DNA of 7,553 nucleotides from Candidatus Nanopusillus sp. (GTDB lineage Archaea; Nanobdellota; Nanobdellia; Nanobdellales; Nanobdellaceae): assembly GCA_028275885.1 (NCBI GenBank), contig JAPWTW010000011.1, forward strand, positions 1 to 7,553. The letters run 5' to 3'. Of the stretch, positions 1-6,600 are shown piece by piece (the stretch's first letter is position 1; each line of letters begins with the position of its first letter). Made by a program: the position numbers and the translations under genes. Under the pieces are notes generated by a model. That model was given only the letters and a program-made list of their open reading frames with translations. It was not told where the DNA came from and searched no databases.

Positions 1-386
1 TGTCCACTTATTTGGAATGATCCAGATCCTACTTGTAATACTGGATATGTTTTGTTTATATTATCACCTAAGTAAAGTGGTGCTTGTGATGAATAAAATA
101 GATATGCACCAGATGGAACTTGAGATGCACTTACAGAACTTACATTAAATGTAACTGCTACATTTTGGGTGGATGGTACTGTAAATGTTTCTAAAGCTGC
201 AATTATATTTGAAGCTCCTACAACATCCGCTGCATTGGCATTTGCTCCTACTACTACTGTCCATGATGTTGGTTGTGACTTCATAGATTGAGCTAATTGA
301 CCTATTGTTGGTGCTCCTGCAGAATATACTGCTACTCCTAATACACCCAATGCTCCCAAAACTGCCAAGGTCTTACCTCTCATCAT
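1..386 (-). CDS. Secreted S-layer-like surface protein, N-terminal part; the CDS runs off the left edge of the window
   Basis: Absent from the ORF track because it is truncated. Hand translation of the reverse complement from the ATG at 386..384 gives 128 codons with no stop: MMRGKTLAVLGALGVLGVAVYSAGAPTIGQLAQSMKSQPTSWTVVVGANANAADVVGASNIIAALETFTVPSTQNVAVTFNVSSVSASQVPSGAYLFYSSQAPLYLGDNINKTYPVLQVGSGSFQISG. It has a basic-then-hydrophobic signal peptide. The motif VVVGxxAxxxDVVGAxxIxAAL resembles the N-terminal domain of archaeal S-layer proteins (S_layer_N type, as I recall it from Methanococcales and Thermococcales). It also has N-x-S/T sequons (NVS, NKT) and A/G/S/T/V-rich composition. GC is clearly higher than in the rest of the window. 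Confidence 0.65.
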   Translation of the reverse strand, partial: MMRGKTLAVLGALGVLGVAVYSAGAPTIGQLAQSMKSQPTSWTVVVGANANAADVVGASNIIAALETFTVPSTQNVAVTFNVSSVSASQVPSGAYLFYSSQAPLYLGDNINKTYPVLQVGSGSFQISG

Positions 387-408
387 AAAATATCTATATG
401 GATTTTTT

Positions 409-427
409 CCTTTATATCCTTTTTCCA
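409..427 (-). promoter_or_regulatory. Putative BRE/TATA promoter of the surface-protein gene
   Basis: The minus strand reads GGAAAAAGGATATAAAGG. The TATA-like core (plus 411..417) is centred about 28 nt upstream of the ATG at 386 and is preceded by a purine-rich BRE-like stretch. There is no Shine-Dalgarno sequence before the ATG. TATA-like strings are frequent by chance in DNA this AT-rich. Confidence 0.4.
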
Positions 428-520
428 TGATTTATTTAATTATGATAGAATTTAAAAGATTTTCGATTTTTGATTAAAATTAATTATAACCAATAAGTAA
501 CAACTCTATTATCAAGTTAA

Positions 521-537
521 AATATCAAAAAATAATT
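521..537 (-). terminator. Oligo-T tract immediately after the stop of the first membrane paralog
   Basis: The minus strand after the TAA (540..538) reads AATTATTTTTTGATATT, with a T6 run at plus 527..532. Archaeal intrinsic termination typically uses oligo-T tracts. Confidence 0.4.
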
Positions 538-1206
538 TTATAATTCTTTAGCCTTTAATAATGCTACCAATGTTACTGTTGGTACCACAAATATAGTTAA
601 TAAAATGAAAAATATTACTATTCCATAACTTATTGAAATTGTTAACACGTATATTATATATATAATAGCCAATATTAATGATGCAATTATTGAATATAAT
701 AGTATATATGCAAATAATATCAATGATTTTTCAAAATATATTGATAATTTATTTACTTTTCCTAAAATAGATCCATAGAATGTATATAGAAGTAATATAC
801 TCAATATTATTGATATTATAATAATTGCCCATCCAACAATTATTAATGTTGGATTATATGATATATATTTATAATTTGTTAATTCGGATAAGTTCGTATA
901 TTCAATTGGTACTGGAGTGTAATATGTACCATATAGAATAACTATTATTCCTATTGATACTAATAGATTTGGTATTAATAATGATAAGAATGATGTTTTA
1001 TAATCTGGATTAATATTTTCTCCTGTAACTTTTGTATAATACCAGGATACTACATTTGGATAGAAATATGAATATATTATTGCTCCTAATATTGGTAATG
1101 CTACAGATAAGAACCCTAGCACTGCTGATGAAATAATAAATAATATACTATCTGCAAAATTTTTTCTCATATACTCAAAAGCACTTTTATATATATCTAC
1201 TACCAT
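538..1206 (-). CDS. Polytopic membrane protein of an unrecognised family (paralog P1, 222 aa, about 5 TM segments)
   Basis: Complete ORF. It has hydrophobic segments throughout. It shares two signature blocks with 1237..1929 and 6601..7287: YPxxxxWYYxKxxxxxxPxYxxxFxSxxIPxLL and LLLYxxxGSIxGKVxKxxI. Three-way paralogy supports real coding. I do not recognise a named family. The variable loop carries an NLS sequon. Confidence 0.8.
   Translation of the reverse strand: MVVDIYKSAFEYMRKNFADSILFIISSAVLGFLSVALPILGAIIYSYFYPNVVSWYYTKVTGENINPDYKTSFLSLLIPNLLVSIGIIVILYGTYYTPVPIEYTNLSELTNYKYISYNPTLIIVGWAIIIISIILSILLLYTFYGSILGKVNKLSIYFEKSLILFAYILLYSIIASLILAIIYIIYVLTISISYGIVIFFILLTIFVVPTVTLVALLKAKEL
744..777. 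repeat. 34-nt tract, 34/34 identical to 1425..1458 (direct repeat inside the paralogous genes)
   Basis: ataatttatttacttttcctaaaatagatccata occurs at both positions. It encodes YGSILGKVNKL on the minus strand. The conserved LLL just outside the tract uses different codons in the two genes (TTA CTT CTA versus TTA TTA TTA). Confidence 0.9.
961..1044. repeat. 84-nt tract, 84/84 identical to 1681..1764 (direct repeat inside the paralogous genes)
   Basis: The base-by-base comparison is identical from taatagattt... to ...ataatacca. The tract covers exactly 28 codons, WYYTKVTGENINPDYKTSFLSLLIPNLL. The next conserved residues, S-I-G, use TCA ATA GGA in P1 and TCT ATT GGT in P2. Confidence 0.9.
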
Positions 1207-1220
1207 AAATAATAGATCTT

Positions 1221-1236
1221 AAAAAGATATAAAAAA
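1221..1236 (-). promoter_or_regulatory. T-tracts plus a TATA-like box in the 30-nt spacer between P2 and P1 (probable P2 terminator and P1 promoter)
   Basis: The minus strand reads TTTTTTATATCTTTTT directly after the P2 stop (1239..1237). TTTATATC (plus 1226..1233) is centred about 24 nt upstream of the P1 ATG at 1206. Confidence 0.4.
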
Positions 1237-1929
1237 TTACAATTCCTTAGCCTTTAGTAGTAATATTAGATTTGATGCTGGATATACAATCATTATATTT
1301 AAAATTATTACAATTATATTTCCCAATAAAGGTATTTTACCAATTATTAATAATATTATATTAGCAATAATATAAAATACAAGCAAATATACAAATAATG
1401 TTAAAGACTTCTCAGCATCTATTAATAATTTATTTACTTTTCCTAAAATAGATCCATAAATACTATATAATAATAATAACCAAACTATTACACTAGTTAT
1501 TATTATAATTATACCAACAATTATACCTAAAAGAACATATGGAAGAATATGGAAAATTAGATAAACCAACAATATTAATTGTTGTAGATTATTGATATTC
1601 AATATATTTGTAAAAGTTAATCCTAGCTGCATTAAAATACTAACTAATACTACTAATATTATAGTTATACCAATAGAAAATAATAGATTTGGTATTAATA
1701 ATGATAAGAATGATGTTTTATAATCTGGATTAATATTTTCTCCTGTAACTTTTGTATAATACCATTTAGTTAATCTTGGATAAAGATATGAAAATAAAAT
1801 TGCTCCTATTATTGGTATTAAAAATAATAAACTCCATAATATATAAAATAATATACCATATATTATACTCTCTACTATATGATCCTTTACCAAATCAATA
1901 GACTTTTTATATGTTTCTAAAAGACCCAT
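1237..1929 (-). CDS. Polytopic membrane protein of the same unrecognised family (paralog P2, 230 aa)
   Basis: Complete ORF lying in tandem with P1. It has the same C-terminal LLKAKEL and the same two signature blocks. The N-terminus, central segment and C-terminal TM regions are highly divergent from P1. A TATA-like ATTTTAAA (plus 1951..1958) sits about 25 nt upstream of the ATG at 1929 and abuts the stop of the upstream gene. Confidence 0.8.
   Translation of the reverse strand: MGLLETYKKSIDLVKDHIVESIIYGILFYILWSLLFLIPIIGAILFSYLYPRLTKWYYTKVTGENINPDYKTSFLSLLIPNLLFSIGITIILVVLVSILMQLGLTFTNILNINNLQQLILLVYLIFHILPYVLLGIIVGIIIIITSVIVWLLLLYSIYGSILGKVNKLLIDAEKSLTLFVYLLVFYIIANIILLIIGKIPLLGNIIVIILNIMIVYPASNLILLLKAKEL
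1425..1458. repeat. 34-nt tract identical to 744..777
   Basis: See 744..777. The offset between the copies is 681 nt. Confidence 0.9.
1681..1764. repeat. 84-nt tract identical to 961..1044
   Basis: See 961..1044. The offset between the copies is 720 nt. Confidence 0.9.
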
Positions 1930-1959
1930 AAGAATTTTTCTTAATAAAAATTTAAAATA

Positions 1960-3483
1960 TTATTTTTTTGCAAACTTTATACCCTTCTTTTCATATTCAA
2001 TAATATTCATTAATAACTCATCCTCGCTTTTATATTCTTTCTTTAATAAAAATCTTGCAGATAAATAACTTATACCTTTACCAGCATAAATAAATACAAA
2101 CTTTTTACCATAATTTCTTAATAATTCAGCAGTTATATTTAATTTTTTCTCATCTTCTAAATCTTTTTCACTTTTTGCAACGCCAAAATATTGACCTCCA
2201 CATTTTTTACATTTAAATTTTTCATTATAATCCTTTACTTTTATTTTATATTTTGTTCCACATGCCATACAAACAAATATTAATTCAGTATTTTCAATTC
2301 TTTCTTTTACCAATTTTAATACTTCTCTCCATTTATCAGAAATCAATACATCTGATACATATTCTTCCAATCCTAAAATTGCTAAAGGTGATATATTTTC
2401 TTTATCAACAATATTTACCTTTATTTTTCCTTCCTTTATTTTCTTTAATATCATCTTTAAGTTCTTTATATCCAATTTTTCAATAAATAATTCATTTAAT
2501 GTTTCCCTATATACTGGTGTATTAATTAAATGATCTAAAATTCTTCTTAAAGTAGATTTTGAATAATCAGCATCTTTTTTAATTACTCCAAATCTTTTTG
2601 CAACATGTGAAAATTTCCATAAAAATAGATCTGTATTAACTATTGCCTTCTCTAATATATTTTCAATATTATCTATATCAATATTTTCAATTACTTCCTT
2701 AATATTTTCTTTTGTAATATATCCTGCTTTTAACATTATTCTATAAGGATCTGTCTTTATCCCAACAACAATTCCATATTTTTCGGATAATATTTCAGAA
2801 ATTAATCTTGACAATGCATCATTTATTTTAGTTCCAAATGGAGAATGAATAATAAACCAATCTCTATATTGTTCAATATAAATATTATCTTTATTTGGAT
2901 AAAAATATAATTCTTGATTTTTTAGCTCATCAAAATTTAATAAATCTCTTTTTATTTCTTGTGCTTCTTGTGCAACTTCCAATGGAACAGGTAATAATTC
3001 ACCTTCCCAAGATGGTATTGCAGATTCAAAATCTTTCTCCAATCCAACCAAAATCTTATTTTTTTCAATCTTTTCAATCTTCCATGGTAAACCTCTTAAT
3101 ATAAATATTGTACCCGGATTTCCATGTTTTGCAACAAATTCTTCATGCAATATACCAATTTTTTGACCTGTTGTTATATCATATACATCATATGATTTTT
3201 CATCAGGTATCATTGAAATATTATCTAAAAAATAAAATAACCCTTTTCTTGTTTTAATCAATTTTTTATTTTCTTTATCATATATTAAAATCTTTATTGA
3301 ATCTAAGAAATTTATTATTTCTAAAAACTCTTCATATGTTAAATCTTTATATATATGGGATCTTTTTATTGTATTCCAAACAAAATCAATATCAACTTCT
3401 CCATATTCCAAAGTCATCCCTACAATTTGATTTGCTAATACATCTAAAGCATTATAATGTATTTCAGGTTTCTCAATTTTCAT
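1960..3483 (-). CDS. lhr: Stand-alone C-terminal module of an Lhr-type (large helicase-related) superfamily 2 helicase: winged-helix, domain 4 (DEAD_assoc-like) and a C-terminal zinc ribbon, with no RecA-like helicase core
   Basis: The 507-aa ORF starts MKIEKPEIHYNALDVLANQIVGMTLEYGEVDIDFVWNTIKRSHIYKDLTYEEFLEIINFL. This matches my recollection of the segment that follows RecA2 in Lhr helicases (PLDVLAQQIV...W...Y..L....F..vl..L). The downstream pattern of domain-4-like length fits as well (ISMIPDEKSYDVYDITTGQKIGILHEEFV...GTIFILRGLPWKIEKI). A CxxC-x16-CxxC zinc ribbon lies at nt 2200..2271. An in-frame TAA seven codons upstream of the ATG rules out a longer ORF. The upstream neighbour is the AOR gene, not a helicase core. 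Confidence 0.8.
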   Translation of the reverse strand: MKIEKPEIHYNALDVLANQIVGMTLEYGEVDIDFVWNTIKRSHIYKDLTYEEFLEIINFLDSIKILIYDKENKKLIKTRKGLFYFLDNISMIPDEKSYDVYDITTGQKIGILHEEFVAKHGNPGTIFILRGLPWKIEKIEKNKILVGLEKDFESAIPSWEGELLPVPLEVAQEAQEIKRDLLNFDELKNQELYFYPNKDNIYIEQYRDWFIIHSPFGTKINDALSRLISEILSEKYGIVVGIKTDPYRIMLKAGYITKENIKEVIENIDIDNIENILEKAIVNTDLFLWKFSHVAKRFGVIKKDADYSKSTLRRILDHLINTPVYRETLNELFIEKLDIKNLKMILKKIKEGKIKVNIVDKENISPLAILGLEEYVSDVLISDKWREVLKLVKERIENTELIFVCMACGTKYKIKVKDYNEKFKCKKCGGQYFGVAKSEKDLEDEKKLNITAELLRNYGKKFVFIYAGKGISYLSARFLLKKEYKSEDELLMNIIEYEKKGIKFAKK

Positions 3484-3505
3484 GATTATTATATTTATAA
3501 CTTAG

Positions 3506-3522
3506 GTTATATATAAATATGT
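3506..3522 (-). promoter_or_regulatory. Putative TATA box of the Lhr C-terminal module gene
   Basis: The minus strand reads ATATTTATATATAACC. TTTATATATA is centred about 29 nt upstream of the ATG at 3483, inside a 97-nt intergenic spacer. There is no Shine-Dalgarno sequence. Confidence 0.45.
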
Positions 3523-3580
3523 TATTGAAACCATTCTATAAAATTTTATTAATATCAGATGATTAAAATAGGGATAACTA

Positions 3581-5449
3581 TTATTTTTTTAATCCCAAAT
3601 ATTTATCTAAACTTTCTTTAAATTCCTTCCACCATTTAACATAATCCTCATATTTCTCAAATTTCCAATCATTAGAATTTAATTCTCTACACATTGTAGA
3701 TACAAGATCCATTGCCCTTTTACTTTCCCATAGAACTGGTTCTGCTTTTGCTTTTATTGAATATTCGGCAATTTCTTTATATAAATTTTTATCCAAATCC
3801 TTTTCAGTAATTTCTCTATATAATCTATCTAATACTGGTTCATAAACACCTCTATAAAATCTGCATATTCCTAGATCTTCTATTAAAGATTCATTTATTG
3901 CCCTTCCATATGAAAATCTTGCAAAAATTTCTGGTCTTGCAAATGAATTTGAATAATCTGTCCAATATTTTCCCAAAATATACATTGGAGCAACCATTCC
4001 TGGACTCCAATATAAATTTGGGGTAATATATCCTTCATTCCCAAAGGATACATATACAACATAATCATTAAATTTATTATCCCTAATTCTTTCTTTATAT
4101 TTTTCATTTAATATTTTAGAAGATATTCTTATCCCCTTTTCAGATATTAAATATAATATTTCATTATTTTTCTTAATCAATCCTTCAATAATTTTTTCTG
4201 CAATTTTTGAATTTTTATATGAATCATTTTTTGGATCAAAATTCTCAAAATTAAATATTGGATATTCATTTAATCCAATTTCTCCAGGTTCTAATAATCT
4301 ATTTTCAATTAAATCAAATAACCATGAAATTAAATGTCCAATTTCAATTACATCCATTCCATATTGATCTACTAAATCTACTAATTTTAATGCCTCTTCA
4401 AATATATAATTACCAATAAATGGACCTAAAGAATGAAAAGGTTCATAATCTACTTTTTTACCTTTATATACTTTTTTACATGCTACATTACATAAATCTC
4501 CACAAGTAAACCATGATTTACTCTTTATAAATACCTCTTCCTGGAAAGGTTTCCAAAATAATTCAATAATATTATCATAATGTTTTCTCCTTAATTCTTT
4601 TGGATAATATATTGATTTATATCCAAATAAAGGTAATAATTCTTTATATAATAGGTAATTTTCTCCGAAAGTTCCTCCTGATCCTGTTTCTGGATCATAT
4701 TTATATTTCTTTGTTTTTTCATTAATAACATCTATATAACTTTTTCCAAATTTTTCTAAGAATATTTTATTTATTAATTGAAAATCATTTACTTTTTCAT
4801 ATCTATATTTATAATTTCCACCAGAAACAATACCCAAAATATTATGACCTTTAAATAATGAAGATCCGGCACCGCCTCTTCCAGAAAAATCTTCAGAACC
4901 TATTCTAAATTCTCCATTAAATATATCAAATGAAAATAAATTCCCATTATATGTATAAATAGATCCTTCTCCAACAACAACTGCTCTAGCATTATAATTT
5001 GAAAAGAAATCATTATATTTTTCTAATAAATATCTTGAAAATGCATATGCACCTTTATAATTTTTATATATATTTACATAATTTATAGGTTCAATTTTTA
5101 TATTATTTGGAGAAATAAAAATTACAGAAGGCTCTTTTGAATATCCAATAATTACAATTGCATCAATTCCAGATCCCATAAATTTATATCCAACACCACC
5201 AATTGAAGAAAAATGCAATGTTCTTGTTAATGGACTTTTAAATATTGCAACCATTCTATGAACCCCAAATAATTTCCCCCCAACAAATGGACCTAAACCA
5301 AATATAAATGGAACTGAAGGATCATAAACATCCTTTTTCCATGATTCATATTCATTATGTATTTTTACTCCTAAAGAAATAATTCCTTGAGAATCTATAT
5401 TAATAATTTTATATTCATCTTTATCTAAATTTATAAATAATACCTTCAT
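3581..5449 (-). CDS. Aldehyde:ferredoxin oxidoreductase (AOR) family tungsto/molybdopterin enzyme, possibly glyceraldehyde-3-phosphate:ferredoxin oxidoreductase (GAPOR)-like
   Basis: Several features of this 622-aa ORF are typical of the AOR family:
- an AOR_N-like N-terminus (FGLGPFVGGKLFGVHRMVAIFKSPLT)
- a pterin-binding-type glycine motif (GSEDFSGRGGAGSSLFKGHNILGIVSGG)
- a cysteine cluster, TCGDLCNVAC
- a distal cluster ligand context, EDLGICRF
- DQYGMDVIEIGHLISWLFDL.
The HFSSIGGVGY and GSEDxxxRGG contexts resemble what I recall of GAPOR homologues. I cannot assign the subfamily without an alignment. Confidence 0.88.
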   Translation of the reverse strand: MKVLFINLDKDEYKIINIDSQGIISLGVKIHNEYESWKKDVYDPSVPFIFGLGPFVGGKLFGVHRMVAIFKSPLTRTLHFSSIGGVGYKFMGSGIDAIVIIGYSKEPSVIFISPNNIKIEPINYVNIYKNYKGAYAFSRYLLEKYNDFFSNYNARAVVVGEGSIYTYNGNLFSFDIFNGEFRIGSEDFSGRGGAGSSLFKGHNILGIVSGGNYKYRYEKVNDFQLINKIFLEKFGKSYIDVINEKTKKYKYDPETGSGGTFGENYLLYKELLPLFGYKSIYYPKELRRKHYDNIIELFWKPFQEEVFIKSKSWFTCGDLCNVACKKVYKGKKVDYEPFHSLGPFIGNYIFEEALKLVDLVDQYGMDVIEIGHLISWLFDLIENRLLEPGEIGLNEYPIFNFENFDPKNDSYKNSKIAEKIIEGLIKKNNEILYLISEKGIRISSKILNEKYKERIRDNKFNDYVVYVSFGNEGYITPNLYWSPGMVAPMYILGKYWTDYSNSFARPEIFARFSYGRAINESLIEDLGICRFYRGVYEPVLDRLYREITEKDLDKNLYKEIAEYSIKAKAEPVLWESKRAMDLVSTMCRELNSNDWKFEKYEDYVKWWKEFKESLDKYLGLKK

Positions 5450-5460
5450 AAATTAAAAAA

Positions 5461-6462
5461 CTATTTTATCCCTTTTAAAATTTCCGATATTTTTTCTTTA
5501 ACATATAATCCTTTAGGCTCACCAAATGCTCTCTTTGTTATTCTACAAAAGTCACATATATCTTTTGATGTTGGCATTCCACAATATTTACATTTATTTA
5601 ATTTTATTTCTTCTTCTTTTTCATAAAATTTAATATTTCTTGCAATAGCTCTTGCCAAAGATATTTTAAATCCTGGATTTTCTTTTTCCATTTTATCTAA
5701 AAATTCTCTAATTTTTGTTTCAATTCTTTTACTACCATATTTAAATGGACATTGGTCTTCTAAATATGGAATATTTGATAATTTTACGTATAATTTTATT
5801 TCTTCTTCGGATATTTCATATAATGGTCTAATTCTTCCAACTAAAGAATCTATTTTTTCTGTTTTTGGACCTAATTTACTTATTGAATGCAAATCTTGTA
5901 AAAAGAAATTTTTAATTATATAAGGTAATAGATCATCCATATGATGTCCTAAAGCAATATAATCTACATTTAATTCATTTGCAACAACATTTAGTATATA
6001 TCTTTTTAATGAACCACATATACTACATGCAGGCCTTATATATTTTACTTTATAATTTGGTAATATTTTTGCACCCAATTTTATTAATGTTTCTGGTAAA
6101 TATGCTCCAATAATTTCTTTAGAATCCAAAATTATGAATTCAGTATTATATTCTTTACTAAAATTCTTTATAACTTCCAAAGATTTTTTAGAAAAATCAT
6201 ATATTCCCAAATTTATATGTAATCCAATTAATTCAAAACCAATTTCATCTTTTATATTTAATAATATATGATATAATGATGTACTATCTTTACCTCCAGA
6301 AACTCCTACCAATATTTTTTGTCCTTTTTTAATTAATTTATATCTTTTAATTGTTTCCAATACTCTTCTTTGTATATATTCTATATAATGATCTTTACAT
6401 AACCATAATTTTGAATATGGAATTTTTACAATTGCATCTTTTTCACAATAAAAGCATTTCAT
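5461..6462 (-). CDS. ttuA: TtuA/Ncs6-family PP-loop ATPase, a tRNA 2-thiolation (2-thiouridine synthesis) enzyme with an Fe-S site and two zinc fingers
   Basis: The ORF is 333 aa. It has an N-terminal zinc finger (CxxC...CxxH in MKCFYCEKDAIVKIPYSKLWLCKDHY) and the PP-loop SGGKDS. Candidate Fe-S ligands are PACSICGS plus QCPF. The C-terminal zinc finger is CKYCGMPTSKDICDFC. The overall layout matches the archaeal TtuA type (Pyrococcus) and is also compatible with the Ncs6/NcsA type. Confidence 0.88.
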   Translation of the reverse strand: MKCFYCEKDAIVKIPYSKLWLCKDHYIEYIQRRVLETIKRYKLIKKGQKILVGVSGGKDSTSLYHILLNIKDEIGFELIGLHINLGIYDFSKKSLEVIKNFSKEYNTEFIILDSKEIIGAYLPETLIKLGAKILPNYKVKYIRPACSICGSLKRYILNVVANELNVDYIALGHHMDDLLPYIIKNFFLQDLHSISKLGPKTEKIDSLVGRIRPLYEISEEEIKLYVKLSNIPYLEDQCPFKYGSKRIETKIREFLDKMEKENPGFKISLARAIARNIKFYEKEEEIKLNKCKYCGMPTSKDICDFCRITKRAFGEPKGLYVKEKISEILKGIK

Positions 6463-6487
6463 GAAATAAATAAAAAATAAATACTTA

Positions 6488-6500
6488 AAAATTTATATGA
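6488..6500 (-). promoter_or_regulatory. Putative TATA box of the tRNA thiolation gene, overlapped by an inverted repeat
   Basis: The minus strand reads TCATATAAATTTT. ATATAAAT (plus 6491..6498) is centred about 32 nt upstream of the ATG at 6462. It overlaps the imperfect inverted repeat ATGAAAGACTTCCTTCAT (6497..6514). Confidence 0.35.
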
Positions 6501-6517
6501 AAGACTTCCTTCATGTA

Positions 6518-6565
6518 ATTTAAACAATGTAAAGCATATATTATTAAATACTCCATAATTTCAAT
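6518..6565. repeat. Intergenic direct repeat, copy A (48-nt core, 43/48 identical to 7386..7433)
   Basis: atttaaacaatGtaaagcatAtattattaaatacTccataAtttCaat aligns with atttaaacaatAtaaagcatGtattattaaatacAccataCtttGaat. Weaker similarity extends left (ttcat, with a 3-nt indel) and right (tatttggcgggtatgct versus tattgtggtggatgct). Confidence 0.85.
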
Positions 6566-6600
6566 TATATAAAATATTTGGCGGGTATGCTTCTTAATAT

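Noticed and set aside
458-475. GATTTTC GATTTTT GATT triple direct repeat upstream of the surface-protein gene, considered as a stand-alone regulatory feature
   Set aside because: Short T-rich repeats are expected by chance at this composition. It is mentioned only as a candidate under the S-layer finding and is not listed as a feature.
2253-2486. Plus-strand ORFs of 62-77 aa antisense to the Lhr-module gene (2253..2486, 2895..3104, 3297..3485)
   Set aside because: They lie entirely inside a well-supported minus-strand CDS and have low-complexity L/F/I/Q-rich translations with no motifs. Antisense frames stay open by chance in DNA this AT-rich.
3895-4107. 70-aa minus-strand ORF nested out of frame inside the AOR gene
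   Set aside because: The AOR frame is continuous through this region and carries family motifs. The nested ORF has no recognisable features or separate promoter geometry.
6463-6600. Search for tRNA, C/D-box sRNA or other structured RNA in the three larger spacers (394..537, 6463..6600, 7288..7553)
   Set aside because: There are no G-C-rich cloverleaf stems. No RUGAUGA/CUGA box pairs occur on either strand. The only notable structures are the short hairpins and palindromes already reported.
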